Assembly (NCBI GenBank): GCA_041572575.1
Contig: JBFFSH010000030.1
Coordinates: forward strand, 1-28,352
Reading direction: 5' to 3'
Origin: Thermodesulfobacteriota bacterium
GTDB taxonomy: Bacteria; Desulfobacterota_D; UBA1144; Nemesobacterales; N074bin48
DNA length: 28,352 bases
Of the stretch, positions 18,428 through 28,184 are shown piece after piece (the stretch's first letter is position 1; each line of letters starts with the position of its first letter). The notes beneath the pieces are model-generated. The model was given only the letters and a program-made list of their open reading frames with translations, had not been told where the DNA came from and searched no databases. The position numbers and the translations under genes were made by a program.

Positions 18428-18854
18428 ATTGAAATTATAAATCAGTTAGAGATAAAGTCTGAGTTTAGCACACGACTTTTTAAGTTCAATCTCGAGATTA
18501 ATCTAAACACATTATTCTTTCATATTAATGATACGGCATGCCTTATTGTCATATACATAATGTGTAATAATTTTTCTATAAATATATAGTAAGGAGAAAA
18601 TAATGAAATATTAAATATTGTGATTTATGAAGAATTTATTAAATAACCTCTCAAGGCTACTTTAAAATGTTATAAGAATTTTTGATATTGTGCTAAAAGA
18701 GATTGCAAGAGGAGAATCTATAAAAATGATATTAGAATTAAGGGAATATTGATGTTGCATTGGTAGTAAACTATTTGAGTTTGTAATTTCCGATTTATAA
18801 GAGATATTATTAGGTCAATTTTTGAGATTATAATAGTGCTAGAGGTAATTATTG

Positions 18855-20102
18855 ATGTTTTCTTATAAGAATGGTGAATTTTGTGCCGAAGATGTGCCAG
18901 TAAACAAGATCGCTCAAGAGGTGGGAACCCCGTGCTATGTGTACAGCTATAAATTCATTGAAGATACGTTTAACGATTACAAAGATGCATTTATGCATAT
19001 TGAGCCAATTATCTGCTATTCAGCAAAAGCAAATACTAATCTTTCAATCCTAAAGGCTTTCTCCTCGCTTGGTTCCGGATTTGATATAGTTTCAGTAGGT
19101 GAGCTAAAAAAAGCCCTCAAAATCGGAGCTGATCCAAACAAAATAGTCTTTTCAGGAGTAGGAAAAACAAGGGAAGAAATAGTTGCTGCTATTGAGGCCG
19201 GGATTTTGTTTTTTAATGTAGAATCAGTTGATGAACTGGAATTTATAAATGAGATTGCAATATCACTTGGTAAAAAGGCTCCGATTTCCCTAAGGGTTAA
19301 TCCTGATATTAATCCAAAGACACATCCTTACATTTCTACAGGCTTTAAGAAGAGTAAGTTCGGGATTGAGATTAATAGCGCCTTTGAGGTTTATAAGGAT
19401 TCTGTAAACAAAGAAGGGCTCGAAATAATAGGGATTGATGCCCATATCGGATCACAGATTTTTGAAATTACACCGTTTATTGATTCTCTCAGAAAGCTTA
19501 TTGTTCTTGCAGACAGACTTGTAGCAGAGGGCATTAACATACAGTACATAGACATTGGCGGAGGTCTTGGAATAAAATATGAAAATGAAGAACAGCCTCT
19601 ATCCAAAAAAGACTTCGCAGATGCAATCATTAAAGAGCTTTCGGGCAAATCATATAAAATAGTACTCGAACCAGGAAGGTCGCTAATTGGAAACGGTGGT
19701 ATTCTCCTTACCTCGGTTCTATATAATAAAGTTGGTACAGAGAAAAAGTTTATAATAATTGATGCAGCAATGAATGATCTTATCAGGCCTGCATTTTACA
19801 ACTCTTATCATGAAATTGTTACGGCTACTGAAAACAATTCTACTAAAAACATATATGATATCGTCGGCCCGATTTGCGAGTCTGGAGATTTTCTTGCTAA
19901 AGACAGAGAATTTCCTCAGGTTTGTAAAGGCGATGTGCTCGCAGTTAAAAGCGCAGGTGCTTATGGTTTTGTGATGTCATTTAATTATAATTCCAGACCG
20001 AGAGCCGCAGAAGTATTGGTTAGGGGTGATAAATATTTTGTTATAAAACAACGTGAATCTTTTGAAGATTTAATAAAAGGTGAGGAAATCATAAATTTTT
20101 GA
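18855..20102 (+). CDS. lysA: Diaminopimelate decarboxylase
   Basis: GTPCYVY, YSAKAN (PLP Lys), FDIVSVGE, HIGSQI, DIGGG, EPGR, GPICESGD, NYNSRPR; AGAGG RBS. Start is ATG 18855 or TTG 18852. Confidence 0.98.
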   Translation: MFSYKNGEFCAEDVPVNKIAQEVGTPCYVYSYKFIEDTFNDYKDAFMHIEPIICYSAKANTNLSILKAFSSLGSGFDIVSVGELKKALKIGADPNKIVFSGVGKTREEIVAAIEAGILFFNVESVDELEFINEIAISLGKKAPISLRVNPDINPKTHPYISTGFKKSKFGIEINSAFEVYKDSVNKEGLEIIGIDAHIGSQIFEITPFIDSLRKLIVLADRLVAEGINIQYIDIGGGLGIKYENEEQPLSKKDFADAIIKELSGKSYKIVLEPGRSLIGNGGILLTSVLYNKVGTEKKFIIIDAAMNDLIRPAFYNSYHEIVTATENNSTKNIYDIVGPICESGDFLAKDREFPQVCKGDVLAVKSAGAYGFVMSFNYNSRPRAAEVLVRGDKYFVIKQRESFEDLIKGEEIINF

Positions 20103-20165
20103 TTATACTTATCAGAATATAAAAACTTTGAATATAATATTCGAATTAATCCGTCTTAACTACTT

Positions 20166-20819
20166 ATGAGTGAACTAAATTCTGAAATAATTGAAATAAT
20201 AAGAAAAGCCGGCATTTTTGTGTATCCCATATTCCTTTGTTCCATTGTTGCGCTTTCCATATTTCTGCAAAAAATGTGGACACTACGTACAAGAAAAATA
20301 CTACCGGATACTTTTCTTGAAAGACTTTATACATACTTATCCAAACATAAACATACCGAAGCTCTTAACCTTGCAAGCCTCAACAATTCTTCAATTGCCA
20401 GAATTGCCTATGCAGCATTACAAAAAAGTGGTGCACCGAAAGTAGAAATAAGAGAATCCATGGAAGAAGCCGGCAAGAGAGAAGCAATTGAGCTTGGTCG
20501 TTACACCGAGGGGCTTGCAACTATAAGTAATGTAAGCACTCTTCTCGGGCTTCTTGGAACTATCGCTGGTATCATTAAGGTATTCAGTGTTATATCTGAA
20601 CAAACGGTAGTAGACCCGCCGAGTCTAGCTGGAGGAATCTCTGAGGCTCTTTATACAACTGCGTTTGGGCTTGTGGTTGCAATTCCAGCTTTTATTGCTT
20701 ATAAATACCTCTTAGGTAGATCAGAAGAATTTGTAAACAATCTCGAAGAAGAGGGCAGAAGAATAATCGAAGAGATGACCGTTAATAAGCAAAAGAATTC
20801 AGAAGATGATCTGTTATGA
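20166..20819 (+). CDS. MotA/TolQ/ExbB proton channel protein
   Basis: LATI....LLGLLGTI.GII..F and GGISEALYTTAFGLVVAIPA; stop overlaps the exbD-like start. Confidence 0.93.
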   Translation: MSELNSEIIEIIRKAGIFVYPIFLCSIVALSIFLQKMWTLRTRKILPDTFLERLYTYLSKHKHTEALNLASLNNSSIARIAYAALQKSGAPKVEIRESMEEAGKREAIELGRYTEGLATISNVSTLLGLLGTIAGIIKVFSVISEQTVVDPPSLAGGISEALYTTAFGLVVAIPAFIAYKYLLGRSEEFVNNLEEEGRRIIEEMTVNKQKNSEDDLL

Positions 20820-21259
20820 ATTTTAGAACAAGAACAAATAACGGGAAGAAAGGAGTTGGAGCTACTCTTGATCTAATACCCCTGGTAGATGTGGTGTTCA
20901 ATCTTTTGATATTCTTTGCGCTTTCTCTTAACTTTGCAATGGCCTCGAAAGGAATTGATGTAAAGTTGCCTTCTGCAAGTTCTGCAAAGACAATAAAATC
21001 AGATCAGGTCACTGTTAACCTTACAAAACAGGGTGAAATATTCCTCAATGACAAAAAAACAACTACCGGCAATCTGGGAGCACAATTAAAAGAAAAAGCT
21101 GATAAAAAAGCTCTTATTATTATAAGGGCGGATAACGATGTAGAGCATGGAAGAGTAGTTGAAGTGATGGATATAATTAAATCTAATGATCTAAACAGAA
21201 TTGCCATTGCTGTCGATGCCGGAGCTCCGGCAGCATCGGATGAAGGTGAGAGCAACTAG
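20816..21259 (+). CDS. ExbD/TolR biopolymer transport protein
   Basis: DLIPLVDVVFNLLIFF (conserved TM Asp), VKLPSA, IRAD..V.HG.VV.VMD. Confidence 0.93.
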   Translation: MNFRTRTNNGKKGVGATLDLIPLVDVVFNLLIFFALSLNFAMASKGIDVKLPSASSAKTIKSDQVTVNLTKQGEIFLNDKKTTTGNLGAQLKEKADKKALIIIRADNDVEHGRVVEVMDIIKSNDLNRIAIAVDAGAPAASDEGESN

Positions 21260-21280
21260 GCACTTCATTGATTTAATAAA

Positions 21281-22207
21281 TTGAATACCCTAAGTAGTAT
21301 TAATCGAATTCTTACAAGATATTTTACTCTCTGGATTATACTTTTTTCTGTATATTCATACTACTTTCCCTACGAGCTATCAAAGCTTACCTTTTTAATA
21401 AAACCAGCGCTTATAGTGATAATGTTTGGGATGGGAATGACTTTGACTCCAGGCGATTTTAAGGAAGTGCTAAGAAGGCCAAAAGAAATATTGCTTGGTA
21501 GTTCTCTACAGTATTTCGTAATGCCTCTTCTCGGATTTTTACTCGCAAAAATATTTGGTCTAAGCCCTGAGCTTGCAGCAGGGGTAATCCTGTTGGGTTC
21601 GTGCCCGGGCGGAACTGCTTCAAATGTTATAGCATATCTTGCGAAAGGAGATGTCGCACTTTCAGTAAGTCTTACGTCTGTTTCTACTCTTCTGTCTCCA
21701 TTGTTAACTCCTATAATGACATATATTTATGCGGATAAGTTTATTGATGTACCAGTTTATGGATTATTTCTTTCGGCTTTACAAATTGTTTTGGCGCCCG
21801 TCGCCATGGGGGTAATAATTAGAAGTCTGGTTAAAGATAAGATTGATACGGTAATTGAATTTCTCCCTTCTATATCAGCTCTTGCAATTATCTTTATAGT
21901 TGGAGTTATTGTAGCAGTTTCTAAGGATTCAATTGCTAAACTTGGGTTTTCACTAGGAATAATTATATTTTTACACAATTCACTTGGACTTACTATCGGT
22001 TATACTGCGGCTAGGCTTTTGGGTATGGACTCCAAAAAGGCAAGGACAATATCCATCGAGGTCGGTATGCAGAATTCAGGCCTTGGAGTGGTGCTTGCAA
22101 AAACCCACTTCAGCCTGCTTGCAGCACTGCCATCTGCGCTTTTTAGTGTTTGGCATAATGTGTCTGGTTCTTTGCTTGCTTTATTTTGGCAAAGGAAATC
22201 TAATTGA
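21281..22207 (+). CDS. Bile acid:sodium symporter (BASS) family transporter
   Basis: MFGMGMTL, QY.VMP, CPGGTASNV, ISIEVGMQNSGLG, FSVWHN.SGS; TTG start. Confidence 0.93.
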   Translation: MNTLSSINRILTRYFTLWIILFSVYSYYFPYELSKLTFLIKPALIVIMFGMGMTLTPGDFKEVLRRPKEILLGSSLQYFVMPLLGFLLAKIFGLSPELAAGVILLGSCPGGTASNVIAYLAKGDVALSVSLTSVSTLLSPLLTPIMTYIYADKFIDVPVYGLFLSALQIVLAPVAMGVIIRSLVKDKIDTVIEFLPSISALAIIFIVGVIVAVSKDSIAKLGFSLGIIIFLHNSLGLTIGYTAARLLGMDSKKARTISIEVGMQNSGLGVVLAKTHFSLLAALPSALFSVWHNVSGSLLALFWQRKSN

Positions 22208-22227
22208 AGTATTTATAAAGATTAATA

Positions 22228-23121
22228 TTGAAAAGCAAGACTAAAAAACTCCCAATAACAGGTTATCTGTTTTTACTTAGCACAGCTTTTTTTACAGCGA
22301 TATCATACGTGTGCGGAAAGGCTGTAAATAAAGACCTGGGGCCTGATGTGGTAACATTCTACTGGTTTTTCGGCGCATTCTTGTTTTCTCTTTTTGTGCT
22401 TCCGTTATTTAAAGCCCAAAGGAACGAATTCAAGAATATCGGCAAATACAAGATGATCTTTTTGTTAAGCTCAATTGTTACCTCTATAGGTGCGGCTCTG
22501 TGGATATTCTCACTAAGGTCCATTGGCCTGCCGCTTACTTCATTTCTTATGAAAGCACAGACCCTTTTTACTCTCTTTTTGGGGATAATATTTCTAAAGG
22601 AAAAACTGAATAAAGGTGAAACAATCGGGATAATAATTACAATAATTGGAGGCGTAATCGTAGCCTATCAAAGGGAAGGATATCTGATCCTGGGTACAGC
22701 AACGGCTCTTACCGCTGCATTCTTCTATTCTGTATTATCTTTTGCGGTCAAGAAATATGCCTCTGATCTCAATATGCTTACTGTTGCAAATTTGAGGACT
22801 ATGGGAGTGTCGATAGTTGTGTTTATTTACCTGCTAATCCTGGGAAAGTTTGAGCTTCCCTCGGGCATTGATTTCATATACATGGCCCTTGGTGGTCTTA
22901 CAGGCGCTTATATTGCAAAGGCAAGCCAGTTCCAATCCATAAAGCTTCTTGGGATTGCCAGATCTACGGCCGTAATGCCGCTTGAGTCCATATTTGTGAT
23001 TATCTTTTCATATACGATTTTTAATGAACTGCCCTCTGCAATCAAACTCGCTGGTGGATTTATTATTGTATTTGGTGTTTATTTTCTTGTGATATATAGG
23101 GGAGGGGAGCAAAAAAACTAA
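22228..23121 (+). CDS. DMT/EamA family transporter
   Basis: About 10 TM helices in two repeats, with IFLKEKL and IFNELP motifs; TTG start. Confidence 0.85.
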   Translation: MKSKTKKLPITGYLFLLSTAFFTAISYVCGKAVNKDLGPDVVTFYWFFGAFLFSLFVLPLFKAQRNEFKNIGKYKMIFLLSSIVTSIGAALWIFSLRSIGLPLTSFLMKAQTLFTLFLGIIFLKEKLNKGETIGIIITIIGGVIVAYQREGYLILGTATALTAAFFYSVLSFAVKKYASDLNMLTVANLRTMGVSIVVFIYLLILGKFELPSGIDFIYMALGGLTGAYIAKASQFQSIKLLGIARSTAVMPLESIFVIIFSYTIFNELPSAIKLAGGFIIVFGVYFLVIYRGGEQKN

Positions 23122-24224
23122 ACCTTTAATTTTTGCTCATAATCAGTGTTCAGCTTGTTTTTCTCTTCATGTTTATCCATAGCAAGCTCTATTAATGTAG
23201 TGACAAGCTTTTTATATTTTATTCCAGATAATTCCCACAGTTTTGGATACATGCTGATCTGAGTGAAACCCGGGATAGTATTTATTTCGCTAACAAAGAT
23301 TCTCTGAGATTCTGATTCCATTAGAAAATCTATTCTTCCAAGCCCTGAACAATCTAAAGCTTTATATGCGGCTACTGCTATGTCCTGCAGCTTTTTTGTG
23401 ATTTGCTTGCTAAGTTTTGCAGGGGCAATAAGCTCGGTGGCGTCGTCTGAGTACTTGGCTTCATAGTCATAAAAACCTCTTTTGGGAACAATTTCTCCTG
23501 CTACCGAAGCCTTTGGATCTTGGTTTCCTAAAACACTCACCTCAATCTCTCTTGGGTCTTTCACAGCTTTTTCAACAAGTATCCTATCTGAAAATTTGAG
23601 TGAGTACTCTATAGATTTCTTTAAATCTTTACTCGAATCGACTTTAGTGATTCCTATGCTGGAACCAAGATTTGCTGCTTTTACAAAACAAGGAAAGCCG
23701 ATCTCGGCCTTAATTTTTCTAAGAATGCTGTTTGAATTTTTATTCCAGGTACCTATATCAAATGCAGTAAAATCAACAATGGGTATGCCATAATCTTTTA
23801 GCACTGACTTCATGGATATTTTATCCATACCTATAGCTGATCCATGCACATTGGCACCAACATATGGAACATTCATTATTTCAAAGAGACCCTGTATTGC
23901 ACCGTCTTCACCATAAGTGCCATGTAAGATGGGAAATGCGCAATCGATGCTGATCTTTTTTGTCTTTTGTTTGGGACCTATTTCAAATAAGGCAGGCTTG
24001 TTGGCTGTAATAAGAGGTGTTAAATAGGATTTATTATTTGCTTTTAGTTCTGAATTACTAAATGCGGCATTTCTCCAGACTCCTTTCTTGTCAATAAAGA
24101 TAGGGACGGGTATATATTTTCTTTTATCGAGGTTTTTTAATATGGACTTTGCTGAAATGATAGATATTTCATGCTCAACTGATTTTCCGCCGAATATAAC
24201 GGCAATTATCTTGGTGTTAGGCAA
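23118..24224 (-). CDS. ddl: D-alanine--D-alanine ligase (long DdlA type)
   Basis: FGGKSVEHEIS, LHGTYGEDG, GSSIG, REIEVSVLGN, FYDYEAKY, EINTIPGFT; GGAG RBS and TTG start. Confidence 0.97.
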   Translation of the reverse strand: MPNTKIIAVIFGGKSVEHEISIISAKSILKNLDKRKYIPVPIFIDKKGVWRNAAFSNSELKANNKSYLTPLITANKPALFEIGPKQKTKKISIDCAFPILHGTYGEDGAIQGLFEIMNVPYVGANVHGSAIGMDKISMKSVLKDYGIPIVDFTAFDIGTWNKNSNSILRKIKAEIGFPCFVKAANLGSSIGITKVDSSKDLKKSIEYSLKFSDRILVEKAVKDPREIEVSVLGNQDPKASVAGEIVPKRGFYDYEAKYSDDATELIAPAKLSKQITKKLQDIAVAAYKALDCSGLGRIDFLMESESQRIFVSEINTIPGFTQISMYPKLWELSGIKYKKLVTTLIELAMDKHEEKNKLNTDYEQKLKV

Positions 24225-24353
24225 GGCTAATAGTCTCCAATAAATTTTAAAATAGATACCATCTAAATTGGAGAAATAAAAATTATATATGTATTGACCT
24301 GAAATTAATTAAGCTAAGTATGTTAAGCAGATGATGAGAAAAGAACAAGACTC

Positions 24354-24575
24354 TTACCCACAAGCACAACCACCACCGCAGCATCCGCCGCCTGTAGGCA
24401 TATCTGCTGGGTCAGAACCAAAAGATGCCGAGTCACTTTGTGAAGCAAAGGACGAAAACTGTTTTTCTATATCTTCGCTACCACAATCTGTACAGTTTAC
24501 TTCTTCGTCTGTACTCATAACCAACGTTTCAAATCTGCTGTTACAGCATTTACATTCATATTCAAAAACGGGCAT
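24354..24575 (-). CDS. FmdB-family zinc-ribbon protein with a Cys/Gly-rich tail
   Basis: MPVFEYECKCC..FE, CTDCGS, terminal GGGCCGGGCACG; AGGAG RBS. Confidence 0.92.
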   Translation of the reverse strand: MPVFEYECKCCNSRFETLVMSTDEEVNCTDCGSEDIEKQFSSFASQSDSASFGSDPADMPTGGGCCGGGCACG

Positions 24576-24614
24576 TTAATATTTATCTCCTAAATAAATA
24601 TTTGATATTACAAA

Positions 24615-24642
24615 AGTATATTGATTACAATTATTAAGTCAA
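24615..24642 (-). promoter_or_regulatory. Candidate sigma70 promoter for the FmdB-family gene
   Basis: Minus strand TTGACT-N16-TATACT about 40 nt upstream of the ATG at 24575. AT-rich context lowers significance. Confidence 0.45.
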
Positions 24643-24648
24643 AATAAC

Positions 24649-25167
24649 ATGAAATCTGAGCATAAATATATTGTTTTCTTTCTAGTGGCAACTTTTTTCC
24701 TGCTTAAGAATTTTACCGCACTGGGAAAATCTTTTGATTATCCTCAGACACCCGAGGATGTGTTAATGCTATATCTGGCCTTAATTAAAGAAAACAATAA
24801 TAATCCTGATCTTGCTATTTATACATAACAGTCCAAACAGATGTTGAAAAGATGGAAAGTAACTCCTTCGCAGATGGATAATATGGCTATAACCTACGGC
24901 AGCTGTGCGCCAGATGAGACTAAATATAACCCTGTTTATTTATATGCAGTAATAAGATATTCAATAAATCAAAAGCAATGCTCTCTATGGTTTTTACAGA
25001 AAGTTGGAGAAATATGGAAGCACGATCTGACTATGATGCAAAAGGCTATCATGTTTGATAATAAAAATCGGTGGAATTTCGTACCGGGGGTAAGCCACAG
25101 ATACGGTTTTGCTTTCACTGATTGGAAGTTTGATAGCAGGGGCTATCCCATATCCTCTATTAATTAA
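24649..25167 (+). pseudogene. Exported hypothetical protein gene interrupted by one in-frame TAA at 24826-24828
   Basis: ATG 24649 is in frame with the ORF-track start at 24841: MKSEHKYIVFFLVATFFLLKNFTALG-KSFDYPQTPEDVL...NPDLAIYT*QSKQMLKRWKVTP. The upstream part carries a signal peptide. Confidence 0.72.
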
Positions 25168-25196
25168 TGGTGTCTATAACCGGAATAGTAATTTTA

Positions 25197-26288
25197 TTAG
25201 CTAATTTCTTTAAGCCGTTCGAATAGCTTGCGTTCTTCGCGATTCAGTTTTTCAGGAATATGCACTTCAATATTGAGGAACATATCTCCTCTTCCATCTC
25301 CACTAAATTCCGGAAGTCCTTTATCATGCAGCCGTAGGATAGATCCGGGCTGGGTTCCGGGTGGTACCGTTACTTTAACCTTGTCTTTTAGGGTTGGTAC
25401 ATCCAGCTTGGTTCCCAGCGCTGCATCGGCTACAGATATTGTTTCGGTTCTCCATAGATGAGGACCTCTTCTTTGGAATCTGGGGTCAAGAGATGAGTGT
25501 ACTACAACATATAAGTCACCGGCAAGACCTCCGTTAACCGAGCTTGGATAGCCATGGCCTGCAATCCTAAGAGCCATTCCTTCTTCAGCTCCGGGAGGTA
25601 TTTTTACTGAAATAATCTCTGTTTTATCTTCTAACCCTTTCCCCTGACATTTTGGGCAGTACTCTTTTATAAATGCGCCTTTACCCATGCAGGTTGTACA
25701 AGTTGTTATCTGCTGCATTGTAACACCCTTTTCCTGCCTGCTTTGCATATGTCTGCCCGTTCCATTGCAATCGCTGCACTTGGTTGGTTCTGTTCCGGGT
25801 TTAGCCCCTGTTCCTTTACATTTAGAGCATTGTTGGGGCCTGTTATACCTTATTTGTTCTTCTCCACCTTTTTCAATTTGCTCAAGAGGAAGTTCTATGT
25901 TCAATTCTATATTTTGCCCTTTGGGAGGACCTGTACGGCGCTTGCCAAACAATCCGTCAAATATACCCCCTCTGCCCAAGCCAAAGTCAAAATCAAAACC
26001 CGTACTGCCAAAAATGTCCTCAAAGTTTATGCCTCCGAATAAATCCTCATGAGAAAAACCGGAAACTCCTTCAAAGCCACCGGAGTCGTATCTGGTTCTT
26101 TTCTTGGGGTCTGAGAGAACTGCGTATGCCTCTGCTATTTCTTTAAAACGCTCTTCTGCGTCGGGTGCTTTATTTCGGTCGGGGTGGTATTTCAGAGCAA
26201 GTTTGCGAAATGAGTCTTTAATGGTTTTCTGATCAGCATCATTTTTAATACCTAAGACTTCATAATAGTCGCGTTTAGCTGAAGCCAT
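25197..26288 (-). CDS. dnaJ: Chaperone DnaJ (class A)
   Basis: J domain with HPD, G/F region, four CxxCxGxG repeats, C-terminal GDLYV and PPGTQPG motifs. Confidence 0.97.
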   Translation of the reverse strand: MASAKRDYYEVLGIKNDADQKTIKDSFRKLALKYHPDRNKAPDAEERFKEIAEAYAVLSDPKKRTRYDSGGFEGVSGFSHEDLFGGINFEDIFGSTGFDFDFGLGRGGIFDGLFGKRRTGPPKGQNIELNIELPLEQIEKGGEEQIRYNRPQQCSKCKGTGAKPGTEPTKCSDCNGTGRHMQSRQEKGVTMQQITTCTTCMGKGAFIKEYCPKCQGKGLEDKTEIISVKIPPGAEEGMALRIAGHGYPSSVNGGLAGDLYVVVHSSLDPRFQRRGPHLWRTETISVADAALGTKLDVPTLKDKVKVTVPPGTQPGSILRLHDKGLPEFSGDGRGDMFLNIEVHIPEKLNREERKLFERLKEIS

Positions 26289-26318
26289 GGAGAAGATTCC
26301 TTTTGAGTATAGCAGGCT

Positions 26319-28184
26319 TTAATCTTTAGTTTCATCTGTATATTCGGCATCTACTACGCGTCCTCCAGGGCCAGAGCCTGAAGGGCGGGCTTCTCCACCT
26401 TGAGTTCCTACATCCGGTTTAGGATGCGGAGTACTCTCGGTTGATTGGGCGTAAAGAGTCGACCCGGCTTCCTGGAGAATCTTTTTCAGATCTTCAGCAC
26501 GCTGTACTGCCAGGTCTGTGTCTTTCTTTAAAATTGCTTCTCGTGTATCGTGTCTTCCCGATTCAATTTTGTTGCGTAATTCTTCGGTTAATTTGCTTGC
26601 AAATTCTGCAAGCATTTTTTCTGCCTGGTAGCAGACTGAGTCTGCTTCGTTCAATTTTTCAGCTACTTCGCGTTTTTTCTTATCTTCATCGGCATATTTC
26701 TCTGCCTCACTTACCATACGCTCTTTTTCATTCTTGGAAAGTCTTGTGGAATCTGTAATTCGTATTGACTGCAATTTGCCGGTAGCCATGTCCTTTGCTT
26801 CTACATTTAGAATTCCATTTGAATCAATATCAAAAGTGACCTCTATTTTTGGAATTCCACGTGGTGCCGGAGGTATGCCATCGAGATTGAACTGACCCAG
26901 AGATGTATTGTCCATGGTCATGGGTCTTTCACCCTGAAATACGTGTATCGTGACAGACGTCTGCATATCTGCCGCAGTTGTAAAAATCTCAGAATGTTTA
27001 ACCGGTATAGGAGTATTTCTTGCAATTAATGCAGTTGCAACACCGCCTAAGGTTTCTACACCTAGTGTGAGAGGAGTAACATCTACAAGTACAATATCTT
27101 TAACTTCTCCTGTGAGTACTCCTGCCTGAATTGCAGCACCGCTTGCTACACATTCCATTGGATCGACTCCCATTTCAGCCTTTCTGCCGAAAAAATCCTC
27201 GAAGTAAGTCCTTATTGACGGCATACGGGTAGGACCACCAACAAATATAATACGGTCGATATCTTTAGGGGCAATACTTGCGTCATGCAGAGCCTGTTCA
27301 ACAGGTCCTATGCATTTATCAATAACCGGCCGAATTAATCGTTCAAGTTCTGTACGGTTGAAGTCTAGATCCAGGTGGCATGGTTCTCCACCTACAGCGG
27401 CCAAAAAAGGCAGGCTGACATGAGTTGTCGTTGTAGATGTTAGCTCAATCTTTGCTATCTCCGCTGCTTCACGCAGTCTAGCTGCAGCTTTTTTGTCAGT
27501 AGTAATATCAAATCCAGTATCGTTTTTAAATTTGTCTGAGAAATATTCAAAAATAGCTGTATCCATATCTGTACCACCCAGTTGAGTATCGCCGCTTGTG
27601 GATTTAACCTCAAATACCCCTTTACCAAAATCCATTATGGTGACATCAAGAGTTCCGCCGCCCAGGTCAATCACGACAATCTTCAAATCCTGATTCAATC
27701 TATCCAGCCCATATGCTAGAGATGCTGCAGTGGGTTCGTTTACAAGACGTGCCACTTCAAGTCCGGCAATACCACATGCATCTTTAGTAGCACTTCTTTG
27801 ATTGTCATCAAAATAAGCGGGAACCGTAACTACTGCTTTTTCAACCGATTCTCCTAGAAATGCTTCGGCGTCGCGTTTTATTTTTTGAAGTAAGAATGCA
27901 GAAAGCTGCTCGGGAGAAAATTCTTTATCTCTCAATTGTATTTTTTCGCGCTTGCCCATTTTCCTCTTAAAGCCGGTTGCAGTACCTTCAGGGTTTGCGG
28001 CTGCCTGCCTTCTTGCAGGTTCACCTACAATAATATCTCCCTCGGCAGTCAGTGCAACATAGCTGGGAAACGCTTTACCTCCCAAGCTTATACCTTCTGA
28101 GCCGGGTATTATAACGGGTCTTCCGCCTCTAAGTACCGCTGCTGCTGAATTGGAAGTTCCAAGATCAATACCAATGATAGCCAT
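26319..28184 (-). CDS. dnaK: Chaperone DnaK/Hsp70, archaeal/monoderm-type sequence, probably a secondary paralog
   Basis: [59 protein letters not shown]. Confidence 0.97.
   Translation of the reverse strand: MAIIGIDLGTSNSAAAVLRGGRPVIIPGSEGISLGGKAFPSYVALTAEGDIIVGEPARRQAAANPEGTATGFKRKMGKREKIQLRDKEFSPEQLSAFLLQKIKRDAEAFLGESVEKAVVTVPAYFDDNQRSATKDACGIAGLEVARLVNEPTAASLAYGLDRLNQDLKIVVIDLGGGTLDVTIMDFGKGVFEVKSTSGDTQLGGTDMDTAIFEYFSDKFKNDTGFDITTDKKAAARLREAAEIAKIELTSTTTTHVSLPFLAAVGGEPCHLDLDFNRTELERLIRPVIDKCIGPVEQALHDASIAPKDIDRIIFVGGPTRMPSIRTYFEDFFGRKAEMGVDPMECVASGAAIQAGVLTGEVKDIVLVDVTPLTLGVETLGGVATALIARNTPIPVKHSEIFTTAADMQTSVTIHVFQGERPMTMDNTSLGQFNLDGIPPAPRGIPKIEVTFDIDSNGILNVEAKDMATGKLQSIRITDSTRLSKNEKERMVSEAEKYADEDKKKREVAEKLNEADSVCYQAEKMLAEFASKLTEELRNKIESGRHDTREAILKKDTDLAVQRAEDLKKILQEAGSTLYAQSTESTPHPKPDVGTQGGEARPSGSGPGGRVVDAEYTDETKD

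Noticed and set aside
18591..18752. AAGGAG RBS followed by ATG AAA TAT TAA (MKY*) and a stop-riddled frame with a faint DUF433-like stretch (IVLKEIARGESIKMIL)
   Set aside because: Three internal stops in 50 codons of AT-rich DNA. The similarity is too weak to call a pseudogene or leader peptide without a search.
18428..18854. Lysine riboswitch upstream of lysA
   Set aside because: No recognisable L-box core or paired stems. The AGAGG at 18841 is the RBS.
24826..24828. TAA reassignment or programmed read-through
   Set aside because: TAA ends many conserved genes here at their expected lengths (trpA, trpF, hemY, dnaJ, dnaK). A point mutation or sequencing error is simpler.
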